A DNA stretch of 64,000 bases from Mytilus californianus (GCF_021869535.1 NW_026262615.1:12896001-12960000); one strand, 5' to 3'; shown: positions 13,018-26,639, numbered from the stretch's first letter. Made by a program: numbers and translations. The notes: generated by a model from the letters alone, not told the origin.

Positions 13018-13289
13018 ATTGAAAAATGGCTTGCGTCAAACATAACGAAATGTCGTTCCCTTTTCATAATTTCGCAAATTTTCCAGTCGTTTTCATCCGG
13101 AGATTCTTTGTGAGAAGACAGGATCATAATATCGTCGTCTCTAGGAATGGAAGAATGTATTGGCATTTTCATCTTGACAGGTTTATTTGGTTGACTTTTA
13201 TTGACCATTGTTATGTCCATGGCATTTGTGAACAATACTGGTATAACATCATCTATGTTTTCAAGGTTCCAATCTTTTGTTTCGGAAAT
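13018..13289 (-). CDS. Exon, second ZU5 domain ending in HFS (ISETKDW...DWKICE...FDASHFS)
   Basis: Acceptor atttgattctag, donor gttaga, 272 nt, phase 0 to 2; ZU5 pattern with V-x-M-x-M-P, W and terminal HFS. Confidence 0.85.
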
Positions 13290-14293
13290 CTAGAATCAAA
13301 TTATGAATTTTGCTGAACTAGTCAATCGTTGAATTAAAATGAACATTACTTAATATGCATTTTTTTAAACAACGTCTAACAACATTTATGAAACATATGA
13401 TTGCATTTTCTAAATTTTAAGATTACAACGATAGACACATTTCTAGAATTATAGCCTGAAACATATCCGTTAAAACGAGGTTATATAAAATGATGAACAG
13501 ATATCAAGTGTGTAAGCCAGATCCGCATTTCCTCTACACAATACCTGTCATTGGCGCGCGAATTAAAACATTTAAAGTCAAACTCAAATATGAAGTTGGA
13601 GAATATTAAAACCCGAAAGTTCCGAAATTTTTTTCGAAGGAATCTATGCATGGAGGCAAAAAACTTAAGGGTTTCCGATAAAAAATAAAGGTTTTATAAA
13701 CAGAACGTGTACTAAAATCTACTTATTGTTTATATTTTTTTTCAAGACAAAAGTGCTGTCTACTAAACAGGTGATAATCTTGGAAACGAATCGATCCCGT
13801 TAAAAAAAAATAATGAAAAATACATTGTAACAGCCTTATAATTTTGTAAAACAAATAGACGCATATAATTGGATTGAAATCTTGTCGATTTGTGTATTAA
13901 TTTTATTAAGATGCACAATAAAACATCCTGACATGCTTTTCCTTTTTACATGACAACTGCAACCACGTAAATTGATATGGAAACATTTCCGCTTGTATTA
14001 CGAACTAAATATTTACCTTATACAAATGTTATGTGATATTTTGTGGAGCTTTCCTATGAAATATGAAGTGATATTTTAAAGTACAATGAAACTGACTTTT
14101 ATTGAAAAACACTGAAAAATTATATACTTGATCATTTGATACCTACAAAAACCAATTAGAATAACCCGGCCCGTGCAATTAGTTGGAAAAATAAAGTACA
14201 TATTAATTTCCTGCATAAGATGATATATGTATGATTTCAGGTTAATTAATATTTTACTGTTTACTTTTTTTCATTTTCTCCTTGCATACTTAC

Positions 14294-14479
14294 ATTCACT
14301 TTTAATTTATCAGCAGAGGCAAATGCACCTTCTGGTATTTCTATTTTGGCATCTGGTTCCATTTCTGGTTGGATGCTTGCAGATCCACGAGAAACACTAA
14401 ATACCTCTGGTACCTCTTTTACTATAATGGTAAACTTGGAAGCTGTTTTCAAATTGACTACTACCGACACATTTGTAGT
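14294..14479 (-). CDS. Exon, end of first ZU5 and start of second ZU5 (TTNVSVVVNLKTASKF...KIEIPEGAF...KVN)
   Basis: Acceptor tttaatttaag, donor gtaagt, 186 nt, phase 0 to 0; IEIPEGAF is the ZU5 hallmark. Confidence 0.85.
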
Positions 14480-15524
14480 CTTAAATTAAAAGTTGAAAAT
14501 AGTTCACGTAATCTGACAAGAAAAGAGTCTTAAAAGCAAAGTTTCAAAAATTACCTGTACAATAAACACCAATGGAATAGATGCAAATAGAGTATGCTAA
14601 TGAAACATATCATCATAGTACATCATAGTTGTATGTATTGATAACTCCAATATATGATAATATTAATTGAATGTGCTAACGTCTTCCATCAAAGATAATT
14701 TTTAATTTAGTCAATCACTTTAACATCAGTCTCTCCATATAAGTATGAACTAATATACCGGAACTATTAATTTATTGTAGTTTGACGTATGAATTTAAAA
14801 GAAAGAGCTATTCAAATGATTATAATTAAAATTGAAATAATATGACTCAAAATCATACAAATTTTTGAAGACATACTAATTATGAAAATATTTTAGCTTA
14901 CAGCTTTATTAACCATGTTAACGTTTTTGAGTTTTTTTTGTGCTGTTAATGCAAGGTTGAAACATATATATGATTCATAGTATAAATCATGGATTTTGGA
15001 TCAATATGAAACCATTCTGATTAATAGTTAATAGTATCAATGTGAGTATAAAATGTATTAACAAAATAGCGATCTTCAAGATAAATGAAAAAAGAGGGAA
15101 GTCCATATAACACGAGAAAACTAAACGCCCAAATATATCTACCAACAGAACGGGTCGAATACAACTGACAGGTTCTTACTTGGTACACACAAATTTTACG
15201 ACGAAAAAGGAAGTCAAATCAGGTTTTATAGTTAATGGTAGCCAAACCTCTCATTTCTATGACAGTTGTTTATTTTTTTGTTTTAGTGACAACATTATGT
15301 GAGCAAACAAAACTGACAAAATTGTTAACGTGGCAATAATTGGGATCCAGCAGCCACAATTGTGTTAACAAATATACCACACTACTGACTTCACAAAATC
15401 CAATAATAATATAATAAATAATTCACGTGACATTACCCATGTAATTGACGCGTATGTATCTAAACGACGACTTGACCAACTATGCTTAACAGATAATGTT
15501 CTATATTGTCAAAAAAATATATAC

Positions 15525-15879
15525 CTCAATTATCTCATCGGTGATCGTCTCATCAATCTGACTAATGATATCAACTTGAACATCACCTTCTATCGGCAAT
15601 ATCATGACCTGTTCATTACATCTGGGTTTGCCTTCAACCTTTATATTTAACGCAATTTTATCTGGTTTCGAACCCCATGCTATTACCTCAAAAAGATCGC
15701 TAAATATATGTTCATTTGGCTTTAACATGAAATGAACATTTGTATATTCTGTGGATTCTTTAGCAATATACAGGAAAAAACTATCAGTAATGGTAACTGT
15801 ATTCAGTGTAATACCTAGCCTTGAATAATATTGAATATTGCCTTGAGCTTTGATATGCTTAAGCTTGTACATAATTGAC
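15525..15879 (-). CDS. Exon, first ZU5-like domain (SIMYKLKH...LKPNEHIFSDLFE...DEIIE)
   Basis: Acceptor tattatgtttcag, donor gtatat, 355 nt, phase 2 to 0; joins exon 16635 in frame. Confidence 0.8.
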
Positions 15880-16634
15880 CTGAAACATAATAGTTACATA
15901 AAGTAATATGATTTCAAAATACATACAAAAAAACTAACCAGTTCGATTCAGGAAAACATGTTTTGTAAATATGCTGGTTCTTTTTTTTCCACGGAAGGTT
16001 AGGTCATATTTGGTTCTGTCAACAATGCAAACGACAAAACTAGTTCTACAATATTGTTTTTTTTTCATAATGATGACCACAATGTCTATTCTAACCTGTA
16101 CATTACATAGATCATATTTTGTTCGAACGTCACTGGTGAGAAAATCATCGTACTAATTATACATGTTGTCAACCTGGTAACTTTGTTGACGTTTTGAGTG
16201 TGCCAATTTTGTTGATACGGAACACTTTTTTGGTTTAAATGTCACCAAGCCTTCATCATTCGAAAAACAAGGATATAAAAATATAATTGCGTTAGCATAC
16301 ATGTATTGTATAAATATATTACTACAACAGCCGAATGAACAATTCATTTCAAGTGAAATTGAAATTTGTTTGCTTGTCCTACCGATCTTTTTTCTATTAA
16401 AGTTATAGTCCTGATTATACATGACATTTTTTAGTCGCAAATTATCAATTAAAATATAAGGACCTTTCATTTATTCGCGAGTAATAACTAGAAACAACTA
16501 AAAAGCAATTGTCCCATCAAGCCATTTAATACCAATGAACTTCTTTAAAAAAAGATGATCATGAAGAAACAATATAAAAAGATGAAGCCAACAACATGAA
16601 TAAATACCTTTCTGTGTAAAAGTAACAAACTCAC

Positions 16635-16834
16635 CCGAATTCCATTGCTGCTAATCTGTCATTTTGATCCAGGACTAGCTTTATAGTTGGTCGTTCTTTT
16701 TTATCAAATGAGTCCAAATCAACCGTAAAAAAAGTCCAATCTTGTACCAAAACCTCGGTTCCGAAATAACATAATAACCTGATTAAACTTGACTCTTTAT
16801 TTATAAGTGCAAAATCTAAAGCGCTCCGACCATT
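16635..16834 (-). CDS. Exon, ankyrin repeat and linker (NGRSALDFALINK...AAMEFG)
   Basis: Acceptor tttcatttttctttag, donor gtgagt, 200 nt, phase 0 to 2; GRSAL-x-x-A ankyrin motif. Confidence 0.85.
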
Positions 16835-18999
16835 CTAAAGAAAAATGAAACATGAACAATAATACTAAGTGCATTTCATTCATTCTGAAATGTAATAATA
16901 TACTGTGTGCATTGAACATTAATGTAGTTCAATTTCTACTTAACAATTTGTGAACTTTAGATTTTATCTTAAGGCGATTATTAAATTACAAAATCACGTG
17001 TGCTAAAACTTCTGCATAGTTCGTTAAAAAGCAATGTAGAAAAATGAATAACACTAGCATAAACTTTTTTGTTATACTAACACATTTGTTGGTAAAAATT
17101 ATCTACGTTTTCGCACACAATAGATATACAATACAAAAATATTCTGTCATAAATTATATTTATGAATACGAACACTTAATTGGTCTTACGATAACTGAAA
17201 ATATATGTTTTTTTAACGCATTTAGGAAAATTAATGTCTACCTTTTGATATCTTTAGATGTCAGGAAAACAAATATCATCAGTCGATTGTCTCGATAATA
17301 CAAATGATTTTGTCCTATTTCAAGTTTTTGATAAACACATACCGTTGAACTGTGAAAACCTTGCGGATGTGCTATAGATAATTTTGTGGGCTAACGTTGC
17401 TAAAATCATTCACATTTTCATATCCGCAGTATTAGTATGCATTCAAGGTCATTCATATATTTCCTCCGAAATAATATATGGAGAAAAAACGGAAGAAATA
17501 TCCGTTTTGTTGTCCGAAGTATCATCAAGATAATAATTATTATCACAGGTTTGTAGAAAGAGGAGCCTTCCGATTTTTTGATTTGCAGATTTGAATCGCA
17601 TTGTAGTTGGTGTTTTGTAAACGATGATACTTATTTGGAAATTTAAAATGTATGTTTTCAAAAGCACAATAGTAAAATACCATACCAATTGTGTACTTCA
17701 AAATTACTAGAAATAAATGCATTTTTAACACCAAAGACATTTATTTAGAACCATGATTTTAGTAAAAGTCTAGGCTTACACAAAAATACTCCTAAAATGG
17801 CACAATAGTCGAAGACAAACTCACAAATGAATATCGAAAACCAAAAAAATGTACTAAACATTTTAATGAATATTTATAAATTAATGTTAACTTAATCATA
17901 CATAAATAGTTTGCTTTTTTAGCATTTTGCATTGTATAAAATTCAAGTTAGCCTACATAGCTAATAATTAACGGAATCATTTCATACCACAAATGTGGCA
18001 ATGCTCAGAATTATTAATAAAAATAATAACCCACCTTATCAATAATATTGATATTGGCACCATATGTTACTAGTGCAACCAAAGCTTCTATATTTTTATT
18101 AATAACTGCAAAATGAACTGCTGTTTTTCCATCCTGTTGAAAATAACGTCTATACATCATTTAAGAGGTATACATAGATTGATCAATAAAACATGTAAAA
18201 GGAGATGATGGGCATATGCTTTAGAAAAAGACAAAGTGTTAAAAAGATATTTTATATTAAAATGGTATGTGTCACATCATACCAAATTGTGTTAGGTAGT
18301 TCAACTGGAGGATTTACATTTTACAAAGAACTGTTACAATTCGTTTAAGGTCGTCTCCTTCAAATGCTGGTGAGTGTTTATTATTTCCAACACTCTCAAA
18401 TTTAATATGAACTGTCATTGCGCAAACTTATCGTTTGCCTTTTTAAATGCTCGATCCTTAATATTGAATAAATTCAATTTCAAATTCTTGTGTAAAATGT
18501 CAGAGCAAAACGTATTGCCTTCAAACTGCTTAGTTTATATTTATTACTATCCTTCTACCTTGAATCGACATAATTTTGGAAAATTCCTCTCGACTGTAAC
18601 TAGAAGAATCAATATCTCCATCTGTACTTATAGCAAACGCATTGAAGCACAGTAACGCAACTTTTTTAGACTGCTTAGTGATTTGTGAGTCTTTTTGTCG
18701 CAAAATCTGCTAAATGTTGAGGTGGCCGCCATATTTTCCAGACGTCAACAAACGATATGACATAACTAGCTATTTATTATTTTGACTTGGAAATATGCGC
18801 CTATTTAAACAAGTTAGTTTTACTACACGGATACATGGAGTCCAGAATAATTTATTTGCCTACACGCATATTCCCAAACAGTTATTTAGACTACGCGTAA
18901 CCTGCCAAGGACAAAATGGGTTATTAACCTTGACGGAATAAAAAAAAACGTACAGTTATATCTTTATAATGTCATAAGTGGTTACTATAGTAAAGTTAA

Positions 19000-19388
19000 G
19001 GATGTTTGCTTCTCTTGTTTTTCATTTTTTGCCAGATATTCAGAATCCTCTGGTTGTATTCATGTAGTGTCATTAAAAAAGGTTGCCCACTAACTCCTAC
19101 TTTTCTTTCACTAATTTGATTGCATTTAGTTTAAAATGTTATCTGTGAAAATCTTATAAAGTCCTTGTTATTTTTTCATGGTTTTTGAAAGAAAAAAGGT
19201 GCCAATGTTAAATGTATGAAAAATCTAGAGAGAAGTATTTCCCGCCAAATTTTCAATGACTTATATCTCGTAAACATGCACACGGACCCTTAATTTTTTC
19301 TGCTTTTTTAGTTTCAATATTTATATACTATCAATTTATAACAGTGTTTTAAAAAGCTTGTCATTTTGAAAAAGAGTAGCGAACATCC
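19000..19388. mobile_element. MITE with TIR GGATGTT(C/T)GCT and TTAA TSD (Kolobok-like)
   Basis: ttaa|ggatgtttgct ... agcgaacatcc|ttaa. Confidence 0.75.
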
Positions 19389-20064
19389 TTAAATGATATG
19401 AATTAATGGATTTGAGGAATATATAGACATTAACACAACGTAATAAAAGCAAATAAGCATAAAGTTGAACATAAAGAATGAATGTGTAAAAGACATCAGG
19501 ATTTACAACATAACTTAAACTTTACATAAATATCTAACCTATATCACATACATATAATGTATTAGTACTATTTATTGATTTCTCAATTCTCAACGTTGAT
19601 AAACACATATTTTTGAATTGAGAACAAATTTTCATTCCGATGACAAGTTAATGTGCATCTTAAATATTTATTAAGGCTATTCGTGGCACTGAAACAATTT
19701 CAAAACCCTGTTTTCTCGTCACTCGAATGACTTCTATGGAAGTTGATGACATTTTGTGTGCATACGACGACATTTTGTCAGAAGATAACTTGAGTATAAA
19801 CCGAAAGGCTAATGGTTATTCACCTGATCATGCTGATGAATGAAAGGATAATTCATATCAAATTGTAAATTTTAGATTTGATCGCCATTCCTTGCATTTA
19901 ATTGAAGATTAACTTTATTACATCATGTTATTCGATAATTGCTTATTACACGTGAGGTATAAAAATCATGTTTGTTTCATCCTGTTTTGTTTTTACATTT
20001 TTAAAGGACCAAAACACCAAAACTTCTTCCTGTATCTACTAATATATGTTGTTATGGTACCAAC

Positions 20065-20166
20065 CTTTCCACCATTGTCTAAAGTTATCACACTTTCTTC
20101 AAGTATGCTAACTATTACATTCACAAGTCCCGCTGCACTGGCATAATGGAGAGCGGTATTATTATG
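20065..20166 (-). CDS. Exon, ankyrin repeat (HNNTALHYASAAGLVNVIVSILEESVITLDNGGK)
   Basis: Acceptor cttttcttttctttctacag, donor gttggt, 102 nt, phase 0 to 0; TALHYA ankyrin motif. Confidence 0.9.
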
Positions 20167-21177
20167 CTGTAGAAAGAAAAGAAAAGTTTAATAATAATTA
20201 TCTCATAAACTTAAAACAATATCGTTTTGTAAAACTGAGTCATGTTTTTTTTTTATTATTATTTCTGTCTAGGAATTTTCTCGAGACTTTCCTTAAAAAA
20301 AAACAATGTTTTAAACAGTTTGAAATATTTTCTATTGAACTAAAGTTATAACATCACATGCTAAAATGGCGATTATTTTTAAGACACTTTATGGATGTGC
20401 AACATACCTATCTTAAGCTATATATATAGATGCGTGTAGGGCAATTGAAAAAGTAAGGTTGGAACTCCATGAGGCTGTTAACCTAAAGTTGATATGGATT
20501 TTTTCTAACGGATCCTTTTTTCATTCTTCTCCTCCAGCATTCAAATATATACAGCTTTTTCATCATTATTTTTAACTTATTTTGGTATAAAAGTGTAGGA
20601 TGAAGGAAACATTCATTTAAGCGTTAGGCTAATAATGTTATTTATAACGTACCTGTCTCGAATTTTCCGTCGAGGAAATTTAGTAATTATGCAGAAACTA
20701 ATGTTCCATCATATTGATGAGTGTTAATTAAAAAAATGAGGTTAAGAGGAATCAAACTCATAAAATTTTATAAACGTTCCCAAATATTCATAGTCGTTTC
20801 GACGATTGTTCTTTTTCAAACAAAACGTTAATTTTAGATTACGAATGTTTAGTTAATTCCATTCTATTATTCTATTATCCTATCAAAGTATTAATAGTTT
20901 GACTCTTCTGAGTTAACAATTCGTCCATTTAGAACATACGATATATGTAACGAACATGGCCTGTTTGTCGAGTTTATGTTTGAAAACATATGATGTAGCC
21001 GTAAAATAGAGTATAAGATACTCATATAATTACAAATTTTGATCGGCAATATTTAATACTTACTGCTACCCTTGCTATTCAAAGGTCTTTTATGAACTAC
21101 ATAAGCGTTTTTCGTGATATAATTTGAGAGTTGCTTACACATTTTTAGAACTGTTACGACCTATTGATAAATATTAC

Positions 21178-21276
21178 CTCATCAACACAAGATGTGTCTA
21201 TTCCATTTTCTATGAGATTGATGGCATTTGATTCTTTCTTACTTTTCACAAGAGATATGAGTTCCATCGATTGATC
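21178..21276 (-). CDS. Exon, N-terminal capping ankyrin repeat (DQSMELISLVKSKKESNAINLIENGIDTSCVDE)
   Basis: Acceptor tttactgcag, donor gtaata, 99 nt (33 codons, typical ankyrin exon length), phase 0 to 0. Confidence 0.8.
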
Positions 21277-23288
21277 CTGCAGTAAATTTTCATCTTTTTT
21301 ATAACAAACTTTTGTTTATACCCATGACAGATAGCTTAAGAACCAAGTCAGTTCATAAAGAATTAAAAATCAATAGAAACTATATTTAATAAATAAGATT
21401 CCCGAAATCAGCGTTGAATATAATAATCATTCAAATGCACAATATGTAAAGGATTTTCTACAAAAATGCCCCAAATCATCAAGAATGGCGAGTAAAGCAT
21501 TTTAAAAAGTAATATAATTCGTCACAGAGCTTTCCCGAATATTCAACAATATCAAATTATATTTATATCAAATTTAGAGTAATAACGTAACGTTTATCAG
21601 AAATGTTTGCTATTTATGGCTTTTTCAGACTACTACAGTCCTCATCACGCTTTCCTTAAAATAATGTTTTTTATCTACAGCTATTTTTTGTTTCATATTT
21701 ATAAACTTAATATCAATTGCATAACACAAACCCGCAGACGCTCATATAACTTGGTTTACCCTTATACCGGAAAAAATAACACACAAGTTAACAAAATAAT
21801 TTTGTCTGCCAAACACATATCATATTTCGACTATGATGACTGCAAACAGATATATTTATCTGCAAACGATACAACATTATCGCCTTTTTTCTAACTTGTT
21901 CCGATTGAAAGGTCAGCAACAAACCTTAAAATTATGAAATTGGAAAATAATACAGTGTGATACTTAAAAACCGAGTAAATCATAATACCGGCTGAAAATT
22001 ACAATCAATTACTGATGTATGAAGTCACAGTTGATATTTTAAACGCCTTTTCTAATACTGAGTATGACTTCATTTCAAATGTCAATCAGGTAATTTATAC
22101 TATCGATAAACCGATACAATTCGGGTTTTTCACAAATAAGAACTAGCCAACTAATCAAAGTTACTGTAGTAAAGCTGGGATATAAAATCTGAATATTTGT
22201 GACTGTTTTATTCACAACACAATAACAAAAAACCCCTATCGATCTGATCTGTCATGATTAAAAATCCTTAATAATTTATACAATTTAAAGATCCTCCAAT
22301 ACAAGAGACAAATTATGGAATATATGTATACAGGTACACGCTTTTTAAATACATGTAATTACGGCTATCAGTCAAATTGGGTTAATACATATATTAACGA
22401 AAACACATGTTGTTGTAAATACGTTTGTTCAAACATTTATATATGAAAAAAGCAAACATAAAATGGGGTCTATATGAATAAACAAATGTAAACTTATTAT
22501 ATAGAAAAGGCTGTAAAACGCAGAGACGTTTGTATAAAATAATATTTGTGAAGTTTTAAATCGGAATGATATTTATGATGTCTCGCATGCTAGTTTATAT
22601 TTCTAAGGAATAACTGCTAGTGTGTGAATACCTCTTAAGGACAAGAATTATTAAGGGTTTTATATTAAACATGTATGATGATCAATAAATGAAATGTACA
22701 AATACATGAAATAGTGTGGGTATTTTCAACTCGTTCTCAATTAAATTTGAAAGTGGTTTTTATTTAATATATGAGCATAATAGGTTAATATATCAACTGT
22801 TGTACATTCATGGTGATAATTCCGAAATCTAGTTTAACAAATCGAATCCTGTTTCTTAGCTGGTTGCATATTTGATCGAGTAACGGTCGTTTTATGCCAA
22901 GCAATAAATACAACATGCAAATGAGGAAGATATGATCGAAAATGAGTCAGGCATTTCCCTAATTTGGACAAAATCGATAAGATAAGTCATATTTTGAAAT
23001 TATAGATCACAGCATAAAATACGTCATCAACGACGCTACAACGTCTTCATATCTATACTTGTATATTTCGTATCTTGCACATCGATGCCGAAAAGGAAAT
23101 CCATTTAAGAGTCTCTGGTTTTCTTGATCAGGAAAGATTAGAAAAATTAATATAAATTTGGCAAAATGTTTTTTTCTTTATTTTTCCTGATTATAAACCT
23201 AATAATCTGATATGCTTTACACTGTCAATAATACTTTCAGGTTACATAAGCGCAAACATGTTAATCGTTATATAACTAAATGTATTAC

Positions 23289-23291
23289 CAT
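23289..23291 (-). CDS. Candidate initiator ATG of ANK-ZU5-DD gene (ATG then intron)
   Basis: cctacATG|gtaata gives a phase-0 join to 21276; the total CDS would be 2100 nt (699 aa). Other upstream exons are possible. Confidence 0.35.
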
Positions 23292-24316
23292 GTAGGTTCC
23301 GCTAACAGTTTACTTTTTGTTTTCATAGATGATATCATCACGATACCAAGTGCTCAGACCCTAGTAATCTGTCGTTAATTATGCAGTTTTATTGAACATA
23401 TATGAAGTACGTGTATTCTTACTCTCCAAAAAATTGTTTAACTCGTCAAAATGTTGTATTGTAATGCTAACAAAACAATTTGAATGAAAGGTTTCAGAAT
23501 TACGTCGAATAAATAGTTTTACCATAATCATACTCTATCATTTCACCATAATCGCACCAACAAAATTTACAGCTGTTCTGCATTACTATAATAGCATCAC
23601 TTGTTTGTATGTAAGATAAGAATTGACTCTAATAATTTACAAAACTTGTAAGTAGTTATTAGTTTCAGAATTGATTAAGAAACAAAACCTTACCACTTAA
23701 CCTTCGATCCAGACTGTTAACAGTAAATGATAATCCAAAGGTAAACAATGTTGTTACGTTGTTTTGTCTCCCGCTGATTTTATTTATATCTAGCGATTTA
23801 ATTAAATGATCAAGTGTATATGCCAAACATGTATATTGTACCTCTAATATATATTTTAAACTGATTAAACTATGGTCAATCAACAAATTACTATGGACTA
23901 CTTAACATGAAATGTAAAGAATGAACTTGTGTTATCACAAGTATGCGTCATTTATAATTGTACATTCTTCCATTTTTTAAAATTTTTTTTTTAACTGCTT
24001 TACTCCTGAATTTCCGATTGCTTCAATTACAACTTCGTATTTATGTAAGAATGTATTTCTCAATAATCGTAATGGAAAATAATGAATTAGAGATACGTTT
24101 AAAATATTACTTATCAAAACTACATGCGGTATACATGGTATATACTTATAAAATTTTAAATCCTTCCCCTCCCCTCTTTCAAAAAAATGTTAATAATACT
24201 GACAAAACCAAACTAACATCTGTAAACATATCAAACGAACTATGACGGAACTGGGGTAGAACTACTGACTACGAAAGACTGGTAGCGACATTGTATTGTT
24301 GTTTAAAAATTCAATT

Positions 24317-24405
24317 CAAACTTGATATTTTACAGTTCCAACTTGACATTTTTCAGTTTTATCTTGACATTTGTCAGCTCCAACCTGACATTTTCCAATT
24401 TCAAC
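24317..24405. repeat. Minisatellite, about 21 bp x 4
   Basis: Repeated caacttgacatttttcagtt-like units. Confidence 0.6.
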
Positions 24406-24843
24406 TGCCCAAATAGAAAAGAGAAATTAAAAAGCAATGTTCCATCTAGTGATTCTCAGTTATATATATAGCGGAATCATTCTAGTGTAATTTAGTCCTA
24501 AGCATTTGCCTTTTTTAATAACATGCATAACACGCGTAAAATGCAAACATAAACAAAAACCAACTGTTCGTATTACCTGAATAAATCTGTTTTTATAATA
24601 ATAATGATAATGTTTGCTGTAAAAATAAAAAAATAAAAAACATAATACATGTAATGTTGATGTTATAGTTGTCCTTGTATCGTAACAAAATAACACTTAT
24701 TCATTCAGATATCATACAAACAGCCGTCTGGAAAACATCATTCGTTAGTCGTTTCCTTCATTGTAAAAGTTACTTGGTCGATTAGACTATATAAATAACG
24801 TAAAATCAAAATTTAAATCACCACTATCCGATAAATAAGTGAT

Positions 24844-25000
24844 AGTAAAAGTTCAATGATAGTTAATATTGATATTGAAAGACCTTCGAACAAAAAAGGA
24901 TGTTGAGATCCCCGAGCCCGAAGGGCTAGGGGATTTGAACAGCCCTTTTTGTGAGGAGGCGTTTTAATGTTAATATTAACTCAATTATTGAACTTTTACT
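24844..25000. repeat. 157-bp imperfect palindrome with central GCCC-GAA-GGGC hairpin
   Basis: Arms agtaaaagttcaat / attgaacttttact; centre at 24916-24926. Confidence 0.75.
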
Positions 25001-26639
25001 GACTTACAAACCGCCAAAAACATAAGAAAAACACACAAAAACCACTTGCAGAAGCCTAATTCTCCCTGAATTGGACGAGTCTAAATATATTCAACTTAAA
25101 TGATAGTTAAACAGTGCTCAGACTGATATATACAAATAACAGTTACCTAATTGCATTGGAAACGAACCGATTAAATGGCATTTTATCATTTATTTATTTT
25201 AATTTGTTTTACCATTAAAATAACACCATAGAATACTTTTATAAAATTAAGGGGTAAATTTATATTTTTGAATTTCAACTTTTCAAAATAACGATTTTTT
25301 ATTGTATAAATGAGTAAATCAAAACCCTATACAGACCTCATTTACAACTGACTAATGAATGTTCTGCACAAAAACTTCTTGTTATATATATTTAAGGTTT
25401 TTTATCTGTCAGTAATCATCAAATAGATTAGTAAAGACCAAACCATATGAACACAGTAAGTAGACTCTTCCAACAATTAGTTATTTAAACAGCTTGTTTC
25501 ACAACTTCTAATCGAACAGACCTAGATGCAAAAGGTCCTTCACAATATTCAGGTAAATGTTCATTTTGGTTTTGATTCTGTAATTTTCCTACATTACGTT
25601 ACATGCAAATGCAACATAATTAGTGTTGTCTGTTCAGTCCAATTAATTAATGAATTTTGTTTTGTTTGGTTTTTTTTTTAAATAAATAAACTATGCCTGT
25701 AAACTTTAATGAATAAAATCGTATTAAATAGCCTAAATGTAACATCTTTAGCATCAAGTTATGTAGGTTTGAGTGGCTCTATATATATATATCAAAACGT
25801 GTATAGATGAGATATTTTCGCAAGGTTGATCATCATTCTTAAATTAAAAAAACAATGTATTTTATGAAAACAAATACTTTTATTTTAGACATTCGTCATT
25901 CCTTTTTCACGTCTAAATGAAGCATAAACACCTTGAAAAAAATCGTTTACCTTTCTTAGTTTTATAATCGCCTGACATAATCATATATTATAAATTGTAA
26001 TAAAAAAAAAAGAGATAAGAACCATGATAGTAAAGAAATATTTAGGAAAATAAAATTAAAAGCGTTCAGTTATGTAGTAAATTGCAAAACAAACATAACA
26101 AAATAATAAGAAACTTTAAACAATTTGCATTAGTATTGAGTGGTTTAAATGGAAATTTAACATTATAGCATTTAACAAGATCTTGTCTTCGTGTACTATG
26201 AACATGGAATAATTTATGAAGTTGATTGATTGTTGTTTGATTTACGTCCAGTGGCAAATATCCAATGCATGTTCACGACGAGAACACATACATTTTAAAT
26301 ACATTAGGTTGGTCTTGCAATTGGAGGTGGACAGTGAGGTTGGACGTGAATGAAACTTGGAATACCATTGGTAAGTGAGGGTATATTGAATAAGGACAGA
26401 AATTTAGCCTTGCAACAGCTGACTACATCCAGACCCCTCAAAATTGTGTGAGAGTTTTTAATTTGCTGAGAGCGTTGGTCCATGAAATCTACTCTGAAGT
26501 GGGCCATCGATATTTACGTGTAGTTTCCAATATCATTTAACTCATCTAATTTAGGTTAGATACTTTTAGCTCGCTTTAGTAACTGTAAGAATTCTGTGAA
26601 ACTGTATTCATTTGGTTTATTGTACTTGAGATTTTGGTC

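Noticed and set aside
13026-13316. 96-aa plus-strand ORF
   Set aside because: Antisense to the ZU5 exon.
16153-16470. 105-aa minus-strand ORF within the ANK-ZU5 gene
   Set aside because: No phase-2 acceptor in this frame, a stop lies directly before the ATG, and exons 16635 and 15879 already join in frame.
18725-18735. YY1-like motif GCCGCCATATT in an intron
   Set aside because: Isolated motif, probably from a decayed DNA-transposon end; no supporting promoter context.
24317-24405. Short regularly spaced repeats considered as a CRISPR-like array
   Set aside because: Contiguous degenerate minisatellite without unique spacers, in a eukaryotic context with no cas genes.
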